In this document: piece by piece, positions 19,242 to 29,064 of the stretch
Numbering within the stretch: the first letter of the stretch is position 1
Layout of the letters: each line of letters begins with the position of its first letter
Made by a program: the position numbers and the translations under genes
Notes under the pieces: model-generated
Database searches by the model: none
What the model was told of the DNA's origin: nothing
What the model saw: only the letters and a program-made list of their open reading frames with translations
Source: Pseudobdellovibrionaceae bacterium
GTDB lineage: Bacteria > Bdellovibrionota > Bdellovibrionia > Bdellovibrionales > Bdellovibrionaceae
Length of the DNA stretch: 64,000 nt
Reading direction: 5' to 3'
Assembly (NCBI GenBank): GCA_044359815.1
Contig: JBIKLL010000004.1
Location: 24,244-88,243 of the forward strand

Positions 19242-21148
19242 AATCTATTCAAATGGGACCGGACTCGGTGCTGGGGCCTGGTCTGTTAAAACAGCTAAGG
19301 CCATCGTTTTTTTACCGAGAAAAAAAATCACCAGAAAGAAATGCAGAATATTTTTTGCAAAACATAAAAGGCGACGATCTGCAGGAGTTACAGCAGGGAT
19401 TGCAGTTTTTTATTTTACATCGTGATTGGCAACCATTGCTGTGTGAAAGCGGAATCTGGAACGAGCCTGGCTTTTTTTCAGAAATCAGCCAAAGGCTGAT
19501 GTCAAAAGTTCTGCCAAAACCATTGGTAGCCCAGGATGCCACTGCAGTTTTACGGCATTTATTAAAATACAATGATGATTGGAAATGGATTGAGGAAATT
19601 CCTGATGCCTTGTGGGCAAAGATCTTTTTAAAAATCTGTCCAGATGACCAAAGGCTTTTGCCTGCAATTAAAAATCATCTGACTAAATCTATTGGTGTGT
19701 TGTCTCTCAGATTTGCAGGGGCGGCATTGCAGGGGACACTGGGAGCCAGGATGAGATCACTGCCCAATGGTTTTGACAGTGTGATCAGGCAGAGCCAGTT
19801 GGCGTTGTCGTTGACAGAGGACGAAAACCAAATCGTCGAGCTTTCAAAGCTTTGGACTCTGTGTGAAAGACATCTGCAAACAATTAAACAGCAGTGTGCA
19901 CAAAAAGGTGTATCACTGAATTTGACTTTTGAGCTGCACAAAGCCCATCAAATCCTGGTCAGGTCGCGGGCTTTGCTAAAAATCTACGACAGAGGATTAA
20001 ACGATAAGGATTTATTGCCCGCTGTGCAGATTTTCAAAGACATCACCGAAAATGAAAGTCTGAAATTTGAGCTCGGCGAGTATTTAAAAACCAATCTTCA
20101 AATGATGGCTATGCGAATAACCCAGCATGCCAGCCAAGCGGGTGAACACTACATCACGTCAACGTTGCCAGAATTAAAAGAAATGTTTTTTTCTGCATTA
20201 AAAGGTGGAGCTATTGTAGCCATTTTGTGTCTGACAAAAATTTGGCTTGGGTATTTGGATTTAGCACCGCTGTTTGAAGCATTTATTTTTGGATTAACTT
20301 ATGCCATTGGATTTTTGTGCATTCATTGGATTGATGGAACCTTGGCAACAAAGCAACCTGCTGTCACAGCTCCAACCATTGCAGCATCCATTGAGGAATC
20401 TAAAAACACAGAAGCTTCAGCCAAAAAGCTTGCGGGAATTTTAGCTAAAACATCAAGGTCCCAAGTTTTTGCCCTGCTGGGAAATCTGGTAGCCGTGATC
20501 CCCATTGCTGGGGTTTTATCACTGATAACTATGTCCTTAAATTTTCCGCTGCTTTCGGCAGAAAAGGCCGAAGAAATCATCAGATCTAATCACCCCCTCT
20601 ATTCAGGATCATTTTTGTTTGCGGCATTTGCTGGAGTTTGTTTGTTTTTATCAGGAGTTTTTTCAGGTTGGGCAACCAATTGGTTTGCATTTAATGATGT
20701 GGCCAATCGATTAAGGATTTCTCCGTTGATGCACAGGTTTGTGGATAAAAATAAGATCGAATGGTTGGTGGGAAAAATTGAATCCAACATCACTGCGTGG
20801 ACTGGAAATATTTTTGTGGGCTTTGCCTTGGGCTCAGTCGCAGCTTTAGGACAAATTATTGGTCTGGGACTTGATGTCAGACACGTCACGTTGGCAGCTG
20901 GCAGTTCAACAATCGCAATGGTCAGATTATCTGATTCCATAGATTGGGATATTTTTCTGACTCAAGTTTTTTCGGTGTTGAGTTTCGGGATAATCAATCT
21001 GGCAGTCAGTTTCGCGTTGGCTCTTGGATTGGCATTTGCTTCAAGAGGGTTAAGATTGAAACAAATGAAAGAATTATTTAAGGGCTGTTTTAAATTTGCG
21101 ATCAAAAGACCTCTTGATTTTTTTTGGCCCCCTCGTCAAATGCCTTGA
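19220..21148 (+). CDS. Gcr-like 'site-specific recombinase' family integral membrane protein
   Basis: GEHYIT, TLATKQPAVTA and LDVRHVTL motifs; multiple TMs. Confidence 0.85.
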   Translation: MSEISKLESIQMGPDSVLGPGLLKQLRPSFFYREKKSPERNAEYFLQNIKGDDLQELQQGLQFFILHRDWQPLLCESGIWNEPGFFSEISQRLMSKVLPKPLVAQDATAVLRHLLKYNDDWKWIEEIPDALWAKIFLKICPDDQRLLPAIKNHLTKSIGVLSLRFAGAALQGTLGARMRSLPNGFDSVIRQSQLALSLTEDENQIVELSKLWTLCERHLQTIKQQCAQKGVSLNLTFELHKAHQILVRSRALLKIYDRGLNDKDLLPAVQIFKDITENESLKFELGEYLKTNLQMMAMRITQHASQAGEHYITSTLPELKEMFFSALKGGAIVAILCLTKIWLGYLDLAPLFEAFIFGLTYAIGFLCIHWIDGTLATKQPAVTAPTIAASIEESKNTEASAKKLAGILAKTSRSQVFALLGNLVAVIPIAGVLSLITMSLNFPLLSAEKAEEIIRSNHPLYSGSFLFAAFAGVCLFLSGVFSGWATNWFAFNDVANRLRISPLMHRFVDKNKIEWLVGKIESNITAWTGNIFVGFALGSVAALGQIIGLGLDVRHVTLAAGSSTIAMVRLSDSIDWDIFLTQVFSVLSFGIINLAVSFALALGLAFASRGLRLKQMKELFKGCFKFAIKRPLDFFWPPRQMP

Positions 21149-21190
21149 CCTAAGATAATGCATTTAAAATAATTTTTATTAGAGGGGTTA

Positions 21191-21712
21191 TTGATGAAAA
21201 AAATTATTTTTAGTGTTTTGTTTTTTGCAATCTTGGCGGCAATGATAAACGCCATGGTGCCCAGCGAATATCAAATTTCGAAATCAATGCAAATCAATGC
21301 TCCGTCGGACAAAGTATTTCAGTATATTGCTAATTTAAAACATTGGGAGCAGTGGTCACCATTAAATCAAAAGGACGGTTCATTAAAAAACACTTATTTG
21401 GGACCCACAGATACCATTGGAGCTGTTATGAATTGGACCAGTGAACACAGTGGCCGAGGTTCATTGATAGTCACAGAGCTTTCGCACAATCAACAGGTCA
21501 GTTATTTTCAGAAAGTCATCGATACCGGCGAGGTCGCAAAGGGGCAGCTTAAGCTTAACTCTGACGGCGAGCTCACATCAGTAGTGTGGGAAGTTCGTGG
21601 GCAAAATACTTTTGTGGGTAAATTTTTGTGGTTGTTTAACAGAATGAGCTCAAAATTGGATGAGGATTTTGAGCTCGGTCTGATCACATTAAAAAAACTG
21701 TCTGAAAATTAG
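21191..21712 (+). CDS. SRPBCC/polyketide cyclase family protein
   Basis: INAPSDKVF...WEQWSP and DFELGLITLKKLSE motifs. Confidence 0.85.
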   Translation: MMKKIIFSVLFFAILAAMINAMVPSEYQISKSMQINAPSDKVFQYIANLKHWEQWSPLNQKDGSLKNTYLGPTDTIGAVMNWTSEHSGRGSLIVTELSHNQQVSYFQKVIDTGEVAKGQLKLNSDGELTSVVWEVRGQNTFVGKFLWLFNRMSSKLDEDFELGLITLKKLSEN

Positions 21713-22302
21713 AATTTATAAGTCATGATTGTGTTCATCCCACCTTGCTGAATATTTTCGGTGGTTGGTGAATTAGCGTTGGTCACTCGGTAGCTGATCA
21801 ATGAATAGCCCAATGACAAAGCCCATTTCAGAGAAAACGCCAAGTTCATTCCTGCTTGGTATCCTAACAGTGGTGTGACGGCATCATAATAAGCGTTGCC
21901 TCCGATGTAGCCAATGTTAGCTCCAGCAAAAAATGATAATACATTTCCTACACCAGCAGTTAAATCAATCTGTGGAATGATCAGGGTCAATTGGTCTGAA
22001 GATTCTGATTTATTAACAGAGGTCAGTGCGCTGACTCCTGCATTAAATCCCAGTCCCCATTGATAGGTCCTGTTGTATCCAGCTTTGATTCCACCAAAGG
22101 CCAAATGGGAACTGTACCTGGTTACAGACTTGGGTCCGTCAGCCACATGTGTGGAAACAGTGTAATCCGTAAAATTAGTGTAAGCAGCACCGACATACAT
22201 TCCAAATGGATACCGCTGTGACAGGTTCATTCGGCTGCCTTGTTCCTCGGCGTGTGTGGTCCATCCTATTGTAGTGATTAACAAAAGAATATAAAATTTC
22301 AT
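21709..22302 (-). CDS. outer-membrane beta-barrel protein
   Basis: Signal peptide after GGAGGTGA RBS; alternating beta-strands; C-terminal YKF. Confidence 0.75.
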   Translation of the reverse strand: MKFYILLLITTIGWTTHAEEQGSRMNLSQRYPFGMYVGAAYTNFTDYTVSTHVADGPKSVTRYSSHLAFGGIKAGYNRTYQWGLGFNAGVSALTSVNKSESSDQLTLIIPQIDLTAGVGNVLSFFAGANIGYIGGNAYYDAVTPLLGYQAGMNLAFSLKWALSLGYSLISYRVTNANSPTTENIQQGGMNTIMTYKF

Positions 22303-22501
22303 ATCACCTCCTGGTAAAAACAAGGATAACTTTTCAAGAGTCCATGAAGTAGCCTAATGATAATTTTTAGGGAAATTCAGATCCATTAGCCAGGGATATA
22401 AGTCGTGGCTTAATGAGACACCAGTTGTCCCAAATCGAGATTATCAGACAGGTTTTTGCGAATTTATTGAATGTGTTTCGATTAGCAATTCTAATAATGA
22501 T

Positions 22502-23488
22502 ATGAGGTCTGAAATCACTTATGTGCCTATCCAGCTTATGGATTTGCGCGCCAATTCCATGCTTGAATTCGATTTATATATTCAGTTATCTGATGATTCA
22601 AAATTTATCCTGTACAAAAAAGCTGATCAAAATATTGAAAGATCAATGTTGGATCGATTTACTAAACATGAGTTTTCCAATTTCTTTGTGTTGGATTCTG
22701 AATACGCAAAATACATTCAGTATATTGAAAGAAGTCTGTTGGACAGTATTGGGCAAATGGATCCCCTGAACAATATTCCGGCTACCCGCAGATCAGCTAA
22801 AGAATTTCTGTCGGCAACTTTTAACAGAGGTCCCTCAAAATACACGCCAAAATTAATTGAAAATTTAAACACTGTGGTTGTGACATTCGTAGATATGTTT
22901 ATAGATTCTGAGCAGATGCAAAAAAACGTTTACAAAAAGTTTATCGAAATATCCAGCAGAGGCACTGGGTTTCAAAGACATCCTTTAAACGTCTGTACCT
23001 ATTCTATCATCATTATGATGGGGCTTGGGTATTCGATGAAAAAAGAAATTATCTCGATGGCGATGGCATCGCTACTACATGATTTAGGGCTGACTCGATT
23101 ACCCAGCAGTATGATGCTGGTAAAGCATGACAATCTGGAGGCCATGGATAAGCTAACGGCTGAAGCCATAAAATCCCATCCTTATAAGACACTAGAAATT
23201 ATCAAAGAAACTAAAATAAAACTGTCAGAGATGACAGAAAGTTTGATTTTGCAACATCACGAACGGGCTGACGGTAAGGGTTATCCGCGAAGACTGGTCG
23301 GCAATATGATTGATGATCTGGCCCAGATTTTAAGATTCGCTGATTTATTAGATGAAGAAGTCATAGGGCTTCAGCACGATCAAAAAAATATTGGCGAAGG
23401 TATAACAGACTTTCTGGATAAAATGAAAACCGATAAATCAATCAAACCTAAGCTGCTAAATCAGATTTTAGATCTGTTTGTTCGATAG
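22502..23488 (+). CDS. HD-GYP domain protein
   Basis: LLHDLG and QHHERADGKGYP motifs. Confidence 0.9.
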   Translation: MRSEITYVPIQLMDLRANSMLEFDLYIQLSDDSKFILYKKADQNIERSMLDRFTKHEFSNFFVLDSEYAKYIQYIERSLLDSIGQMDPLNNIPATRRSAKEFLSATFNRGPSKYTPKLIENLNTVVVTFVDMFIDSEQMQKNVYKKFIEISSRGTGFQRHPLNVCTYSIIIMMGLGYSMKKEIISMAMASLLHDLGLTRLPSSMMLVKHDNLEAMDKLTAEAIKSHPYKTLEIIKETKIKLSEMTESLILQHHERADGKGYPRRLVGNMIDDLAQILRFADLLDEEVIGLQHDQKNIGEGITDFLDKMKTDKSIKPKLLNQILDLFVR

Positions 23489-23494
23489 TTTCAG

Positions 23495-23836
23495 TTATTT
23501 ATAAAAGCGCTTTTTTAAATCTTTCTTAAGCCTCAGGAATTGGTATTCCAATAAAGTATCAAACACCGTTTCTGTTTCAAGTCCGTAGAGCTTAATCAGC
23601 TTCCTGAGCGCATTTAAAGGCACGCCTGAACCGTAGTTTCGCTCCCAATCAGAAATGCTTTGGGCCGAATTTAATTTTAACAGCGATGCGACCTGACCCT
23701 GTGAAAGACCTTTGCTGATACGGCCGTCTTTCAGCAAGCTGCCAATATCACCAAGTTTATTTTTGGATAAACTTTTTGAGCCAGATTTCCCCAGTGTTTT
23801 TTTGCTGTGTAATGTGTGTAGTGATCTTTTGGACAT
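23495..23836 (-). CDS. XRE-family helix-turn-helix regulator
   Basis: RISKGLSQGQVASLL...QSISDWER. Confidence 0.85.
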   Translation of the reverse strand: MSKRSLHTLHSKKTLGKSGSKSLSKNKLGDIGSLLKDGRISKGLSQGQVASLLKLNSAQSISDWERNYGSGVPLNALRKLIKLYGLETETVFDTLLEYQFLRLKKDLKKRFYK

Positions 23837-23882
23837 GATTTATATTGACCAGAAATAGCTATTTTGTGTAACCATTTATGCA

Positions 23883-24641
23883 GTGTTAAAAATTTTATAT
23901 AAGGCAAAATTAACTTGGGATTCGATAGTGGGCAAAAATGAAAAACTTTTTGCTGCTAAACTATTTGGCAACAATTTAACTGAAGACGACCTGAGAACCT
24001 ATCAGAGGCTCTGTGAGCGCGCTTCGCAGATTTTAATGCGATCTGGTAAGCGGGTTTTACCTTACTCGGACACTCACTTTGAGAGATTGACCAAGCATAG
24101 GGATGCGCACAGAGTCATCAAATGCTTGCAGATGTGGGTTGACGTTTTGGAAGAAGCGGAAATTGACAATGAATCACTGCATGATACCAAAAAATTGGTT
24201 TGGAGATTTCTGCAAAAGCTTCAGATCACTCCTTCTGCAGATATGATGGATGCTCTAGAGCAAAACGATATCATAGAAATTTACACATCAGACAATTGGC
24301 AGGTATTCAGAAGCTTAGGCTTTTTTGATTTTGTAATTGCCACTGTTGATGAGATCGCGACCTTTGTTTGGAATAGGGATTCAAAAAGGGATTCTGAAAT
24401 TTCATTTGAAGCATTGAAAATGGTTTTTTTGGTAAAGTCGGGTTTGCTTAAAGGAACCTTTAAAATTTCTGACAGTTTGCCCACACATTTGGTTACTTGC
24501 AGCCTGTCTCGGATTAAGCAGGTGATAAAAGTGAAACTAAAAATGGCTTCAGTATTGAGATCTAAGGACAACCAAAAGTTTTTTCTGTTAACCAACAAAA
24601 CAGAATGGGTTACTAAAGAACCCATTCTGAATCATCATTAA
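23883..24641 (+). CDS. hypothetical protein divergent from the XRE regulator
   Basis: 252-aa ORF; no recognised motif. Confidence 0.7.
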   Translation: MLKILYKAKLTWDSIVGKNEKLFAAKLFGNNLTEDDLRTYQRLCERASQILMRSGKRVLPYSDTHFERLTKHRDAHRVIKCLQMWVDVLEEAEIDNESLHDTKKLVWRFLQKLQITPSADMMDALEQNDIIEIYTSDNWQVFRSLGFFDFVIATVDEIATFVWNRDSKRDSEISFEALKMVFLVKSGLLKGTFKISDSLPTHLVTCSLSRIKQVIKVKLKMASVLRSKDNQKFFLLTNKTEWVTKEPILNHH

Positions 24642-24914
24642 CAATTTTTAAAATCATTTGTTCCCGCTGGCACGGTCGAAAGATTTTGCTGTCATCGACT
24701 ATCAGTACTCTTTTCATAAAGAAACCCTCCTGATTGATCTCAGTATGCACAACGGGTTCGACGTCAGAGTGTTGGTTTGATTGAGAAAACGCAATAAAAC
24801 TGTCTCAAAATGAGTTTTTGAATCATAATAAGAAAATTTTTGGTCCACCGTGGGTCCAGTTCTGCTTGATCCAAAAACGGGGCGCAAATACCATAAATTA
24901 AACCACAAAGGAGA

Positions 24915-25391
24915 ATGAAAATGATAAAAGGAATTATCGCAGCTATTTTTATGTTTGGATCGCAAGCCATGGCCAACGAATCATGGGACATGATCGAAGA
25001 GGTGTTTAAAAGAGAATCAATCCGTGATCCCCAGGTTCTGATCAAAATCCCTGCGCAAAATTATAATTGCGAGTTATTGACTAAAAATGCCAGCCTGTCA
25101 GTGACCACCGCTGTGGCGAATAAATCTTTTGGTAAAATTAAAGATTTCAGAATAAAAAATTCAGAAGGCATCTTGTTCAGAGGCGAAATGATCGCTGATA
25201 ACACTCGTGATAACAACAATTTGTTTGATGGCCTGGTCGGAGAATACAAAACAGCCGGAGAAGAATTAGATGGCGTTTTGAGAGGTGTATTTGAGGGTAA
25301 AAACTATTTAGGTTTTGTTGTAAGGCTTAAAACCCAAGGTGTGTTTGGCTTTGCAAAATATTATCTAGCCTGCGAAAAAGCCAGTCAGTAA
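24915..25391 (+). CDS. hypothetical secreted protein
   Basis: Signal peptide ending AMA; AGGAG RBS; terminator follows. Confidence 0.78.
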   Translation: MKMIKGIIAAIFMFGSQAMANESWDMIEEVFKRESIRDPQVLIKIPAQNYNCELLTKNASLSVTTAVANKSFGKIKDFRIKNSEGILFRGEMIADNTRDNNNLFDGLVGEYKTAGEELDGVLRGVFEGKNYLGFVVRLKTQGVFGFAKYYLACEKASQ

Positions 25392-25422
25392 AAAAAAACG
25401 GGCGGATGAACCGCCCGTTTAA
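25391..25422. terminator. intrinsic terminator (likely bidirectional)
   Basis: A-tract, AAACGGGCGG-ATGAA-CCGCCCGTTT hairpin. Confidence 0.8.
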
Positions 25423-25772
25423 ACCTTATTGGCAGATTTGGTTTACTGCCTTAATAACTTATCCATTTTCGAAAAATTCGAAAGATGGTTAAGAGGCAAT
25501 CACCTCCTCTGCCTTGGTTATGTGTTCATTATTCATATCCAAGCACCACCCCCTTTCATGCCGTAAGAACGGCTAATTTCATAATAGCATTTTGCATTGA
25601 TACAGTTCAAAAAAATTTTAAAAAACTTCTGTGGCAGTGCAAAAGTCTGATGGCCGGCGGCGAAAATCAGCTAAAGCATTATGGTCATTGGCAATTTGCA
25701 TAAATGATTTCTAGAGACCAGTTGAGCTGAGCCGAAGTTGACCCTGTCAACTAAGGCACTTATTGTTTTACC

Positions 25773-26551
25773 ATGATGTTTAAGATGATTTTGTTTTGGA
25801 TGGTATTAATTAATTTTAGTTTTGCCCAGGCAGAAACAATCAAAGTAGCCGCTGATCCTTGGTGTCCCTTTACTTGCAGTGCTAAATCTGAAAGGCCAGG
25901 TTTTTTGATAGAGGTATTAAAACTGGCATTCGCACCTGAATTTGAGATTGAATATATCGAGATGTCGTGGGACCGAGCTTTGAACGAGGTCAGAACAGGC
26001 AAGTTCGGAGCCATTGCTGGAGCATTAAAAGAAGATACCCCAGATTTTTTGTTTCCGACTGTAAACACGGGGACACAGCTGTCGTGTTTTTTGTACCTGT
26101 CAGTTCAAGGCTTGAGTATTCATCACCGGTTTCCCTGCGGGGGATAAAGTTGGGTTATGTGAAGGACTATAAATACGGTGAAGAAATTGATGAATATATA
26201 AATTCAGTGGGCAGCCGGTCGCCATATCTTAAAGTAGTGTCAGGCACAGATACAACATTGCAGTTGCTGGAAAAACTGCATGATCAGAAAATCGAAGTTA
26301 TGGTCGAAGACAATTCGGTGATCAATTACGTTATTGCAAATTCTAAAAATCCTGGAAAATTAGCCGTGAAACAATTGGGCTGCAGTAAGGCCCAACCATT
26401 GTATGTGGCCTTTTCGCCGACAACCAAGGAAGGATCCAATCGCGCAATCAAAAAACTGGAATCGGGAATCGAGTCCATGAGCAAAACTGGAAAGCTTGCA
26501 GAGATTATGAAAAAATATGGAATCTCTGCTGAGGCCGCCGGGAAAAATTAA
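25773..26551 (+). pseudogene. periplasmic substrate-binding protein (family 3), frameshifted at a T6 run near 26087-26092
   Basis: N-half (ADPWCPF) and C-half (LGYVKDYKY, PLYVAFS) join in frame if one T is added. Confidence 0.8.
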
Positions 26552-26624
26552 ATTTCAAAAAATATTTCTATGATTTTACATCTTGTGAATACTAGCTAAC
26601 GGCCGCGATCCATGTCTAAAACAA

Positions 26625-27017
26625 TTAGGTGACTGTAAGAATGTTTGATGAGTCTTGCAAAAAGTCCTTCCAGTCTTGTTTGCACAATGGGGCCAGGCCG
26701 TGTTTGGCTCGAGCTTGATCGCAGCGAATGTTTTGATAACCGTTTTCGTAGGATGCGCTAAAATTTCTGCAGGTGGATGATCGGTTTTCATAGATAGTGC
26801 AGGCCACATATTTGCCGATTTCGCCTGAAAGGGCGACACATTTGAGTTTGTGTTTTCCGCTAGTGCCTTTCATGGTTCGGTGTTGATCGTCTGAGTCTTC
26901 GCAAAGATCTTTGGGGACGGGGTTTTGTTGATCGTTGGGTTCGGCTTCGCGCCAGTAAAAGGAAACTCTAAAATAGGCGCAGCAGGCACCGCATTTTTGA
27001 CATGGATGAAGTCCCAT
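26625..27017 (-). CDS. YkgJ-family cysteine cluster protein
   Basis: CQKCGACCAYFRVSFYW and CTIYENRSSTCR motifs. Confidence 0.92.
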   Translation of the reverse strand: MGLHPCQKCGACCAYFRVSFYWREAEPNDQQNPVPKDLCEDSDDQHRTMKGTSGKHKLKCVALSGEIGKYVACTIYENRSSTCRNFSASYENGYQNIRCDQARAKHGLAPLCKQDWKDFLQDSSNILTVT

Positions 27018-27129
27018 ACAAAAATTCTGTCAGATCCATCATGGGCCAACAACAGGACTGGACTATATTGTTTGCCATAGAGCTTGAGCGGTTGGCGGTT
27101 TCAATCAATGGTTGCAATGGCTCGGGCTG

Positions 27130-27483
27130 ATGGATTACAAAAGCGCTATGGATTTTTGGGATAAGCACGGGGTTTTATTTATTATATCAATGGCGTTGTT
27201 TCCGCGGCTCACTCTGCTGTTTTCTTCAGTGGCTTTTGGCGGATTGCTGTGGTGGTTGGGATTTATTTTTGTACCCAGAATTTTAGTAGCGGTATTGGCA
27301 ACCTTGTCCTATCTGCACACTAACCCTGTGTTGGTGGCATTGTCATGGGTGTGGGCCCTAAGCGGCGAGACCGCTGAAAAACGCACGGTGATCATCAAAA
27401 CCAGAGGCCGTTCAAAACATCAGTCGCGGGAACAGTATTCATCCGGCGAAAAAATCGTCGGCGACGAACGCACACGTTCTTAA
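27130..27483 (+). CDS. hypothetical membrane protein
   Basis: Three hydrophobic segments; FPRLTLLF and VPRILVA. Confidence 0.75.
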   Translation: MDYKSAMDFWDKHGVLFIISMALFPRLTLLFSSVAFGGLLWWLGFIFVPRILVAVLATLSYLHTNPVLVALSWVWALSGETAEKRTVIIKTRGRSKHQSREQYSSGEKIVGDERTRS

Positions 27484-27521
27484 GTTTGCTGGCTTTCACT
27501 TTCCCCGGGGAAAGTGGTTAA
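27445..27521 (+). repeat. ~77-bp imperfect direct repeat, copy 1
   Basis: Matches 28884-28960; contains CACTTTCC-CCGG-GGAAAGTG hairpin. Confidence 0.88.
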
Positions 27522-27776
27522 CCCTATTTCTTGCACAAGAATGATTTGCTTTGTTTCATTTTGGGACGGGCTTTTGATCACTATGCCGTCTAAATTTTGT
27601 ATGTCTGTAAGATTAAGGCTCAGCTTCAAGATGAGAATTATGCTTCAACTGCTATTGAATGGATTTAACCCATGGCAAACACTACTAAATTCGGGTATTG
27701 GATTTGCACCCTTAAAAGCTAGAATTTGCTCGTAAAAATCCAAGGTTATATTTGGATTTACGAAATGGGGTGGAAT

Positions 27777-28844
27777 ATGTTTTCAAATTTCCTAATCGTC
27801 GCAGTGATGATGGGCCTTATCTTTTCACAACATTCGTTAGCGGATACGTTTGTACCTTATGATGACCCAGAGCTTGGCGGACAACCAGGTTATCAAAGTC
27901 CCTCTTCTCCATCGGGAAATTATAATGGCGGAAATTCTTGCGACATTCCCCAATTAATTGATGCTCAGCAAAGGTGGATTAATGCCAATCGAAATATTAA
28001 AGCGTCCTTAACGGAAACTTCTATTACGCTCAATGCTTTTCCCCATTGCGTAAGCAAATGCATGAAAGAGTCGGCCGGAGTGTTTAAGTGTTCATCTTGT
28101 AATAAAGAACGCCAAGGATTTCGTGCCCAATGCTCATATCCGCGAACAACAACATTTGTAGATGATCAACTGCGTGGTGATAGAATTGCTTATGACCGAC
28201 GTCAATTAGCCTGTGATTTGTCTAAAAATATTTTGAATTCGGATTGGAGATATAAACACGATGGCTTTGAAACAACTTGCAATAATAATAATATTCGACC
28301 CGAGCAGCTTGGTATTATGTATTTATGCGTTTCTACTTATTACCAAAATTCCAGGCCAGTTGCATCCTTTGCAGAGTTCGTAAGAGGGTGCAATCGAAAT
28401 TATCCTGGATATGATCAGTGTCCCGTAAGGTTTCCCTATGTTCCCTATAATGGTGATCCATTACCCTCTTGCGGTGGGCAAAAGCCAGTCAGGATGCCAG
28501 GTTATGAAGGTGATCAACTGCGTTTTGACCTTGCACTTAGAGCTGACCGACGAAGTTTCGCATGTGATTTGTCTTTTAATAATTTGAATACGGATTATAA
28601 ATATAAACGCGCTGACTCTAAAACAATCTGTAATAGCAATGGTGTACCACGTGAACAGCTTGGGATTATGTTTTTTTGCGTTTCTTATAGCTACAAATCT
28701 CAGAAATACGCATCCTATGCAGAGTATGTAAGAGGATGTAATACGAGTAGACCTGGGTATAATCAGTACCCCGAATCTATTCCCTATAATGGGAGCCCAT
28801 CACCCGCTCCCGGAACGCAAAAATCATGGTGGAATCCGTTTTGA
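27777..28844 (+). CDS. secreted Cys-rich protein with two ~95-aa internal repeats
   Basis: Signal peptide; DQLR...ACDLS...EQLGIM..CVS...VRGCN...PYNG occurs twice. Confidence 0.85.
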   Translation: MFSNFLIVAVMMGLIFSQHSLADTFVPYDDPELGGQPGYQSPSSPSGNYNGGNSCDIPQLIDAQQRWINANRNIKASLTETSITLNAFPHCVSKCMKESAGVFKCSSCNKERQGFRAQCSYPRTTTFVDDQLRGDRIAYDRRQLACDLSKNILNSDWRYKHDGFETTCNNNNIRPEQLGIMYLCVSTYYQNSRPVASFAEFVRGCNRNYPGYDQCPVRFPYVPYNGDPLPSCGGQKPVRMPGYEGDQLRFDLALRADRRSFACDLSFNNLNTDYKYKRADSKTICNSNGVPREQLGIMFFCVSYSYKSQKYASYAEYVRGCNTSRPGYNQYPESIPYNGSPSPAPGTQKSWWNPF

Positions 28845-28883
28845 AGCTATCTTGTCGAATGGCAGGCCGGTGCAGAATCAGCG

Positions 28884-28960
28884 GGTGAAAAAATCATCGG
28901 GGACGAACGCACACGATCTTGAATTTATTGGCTTTCACTTTCCCCGGGGAAAGTGGGTAA
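28884..28960 (+). repeat. ~77-bp imperfect direct repeat, copy 2
   Basis: Matches 27445-27521. Confidence 0.88.
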
Positions 28961-29064
28961 GTCATATGGCTGTTGATTTTTTTGACAGTGGAAATGAAAA
29001 TTTTCAGGATTTTTCGGTTTTAAAGTAAAACCACACTTTTGTTGAGCCTGAGGTATATTGAGCG

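Noticed and set aside
19220..21148. Integrase of a mobile element
   Set aside because: Despite the family name it is a multi-TM protein with no tyrosine or serine recombinase catalytic motifs.
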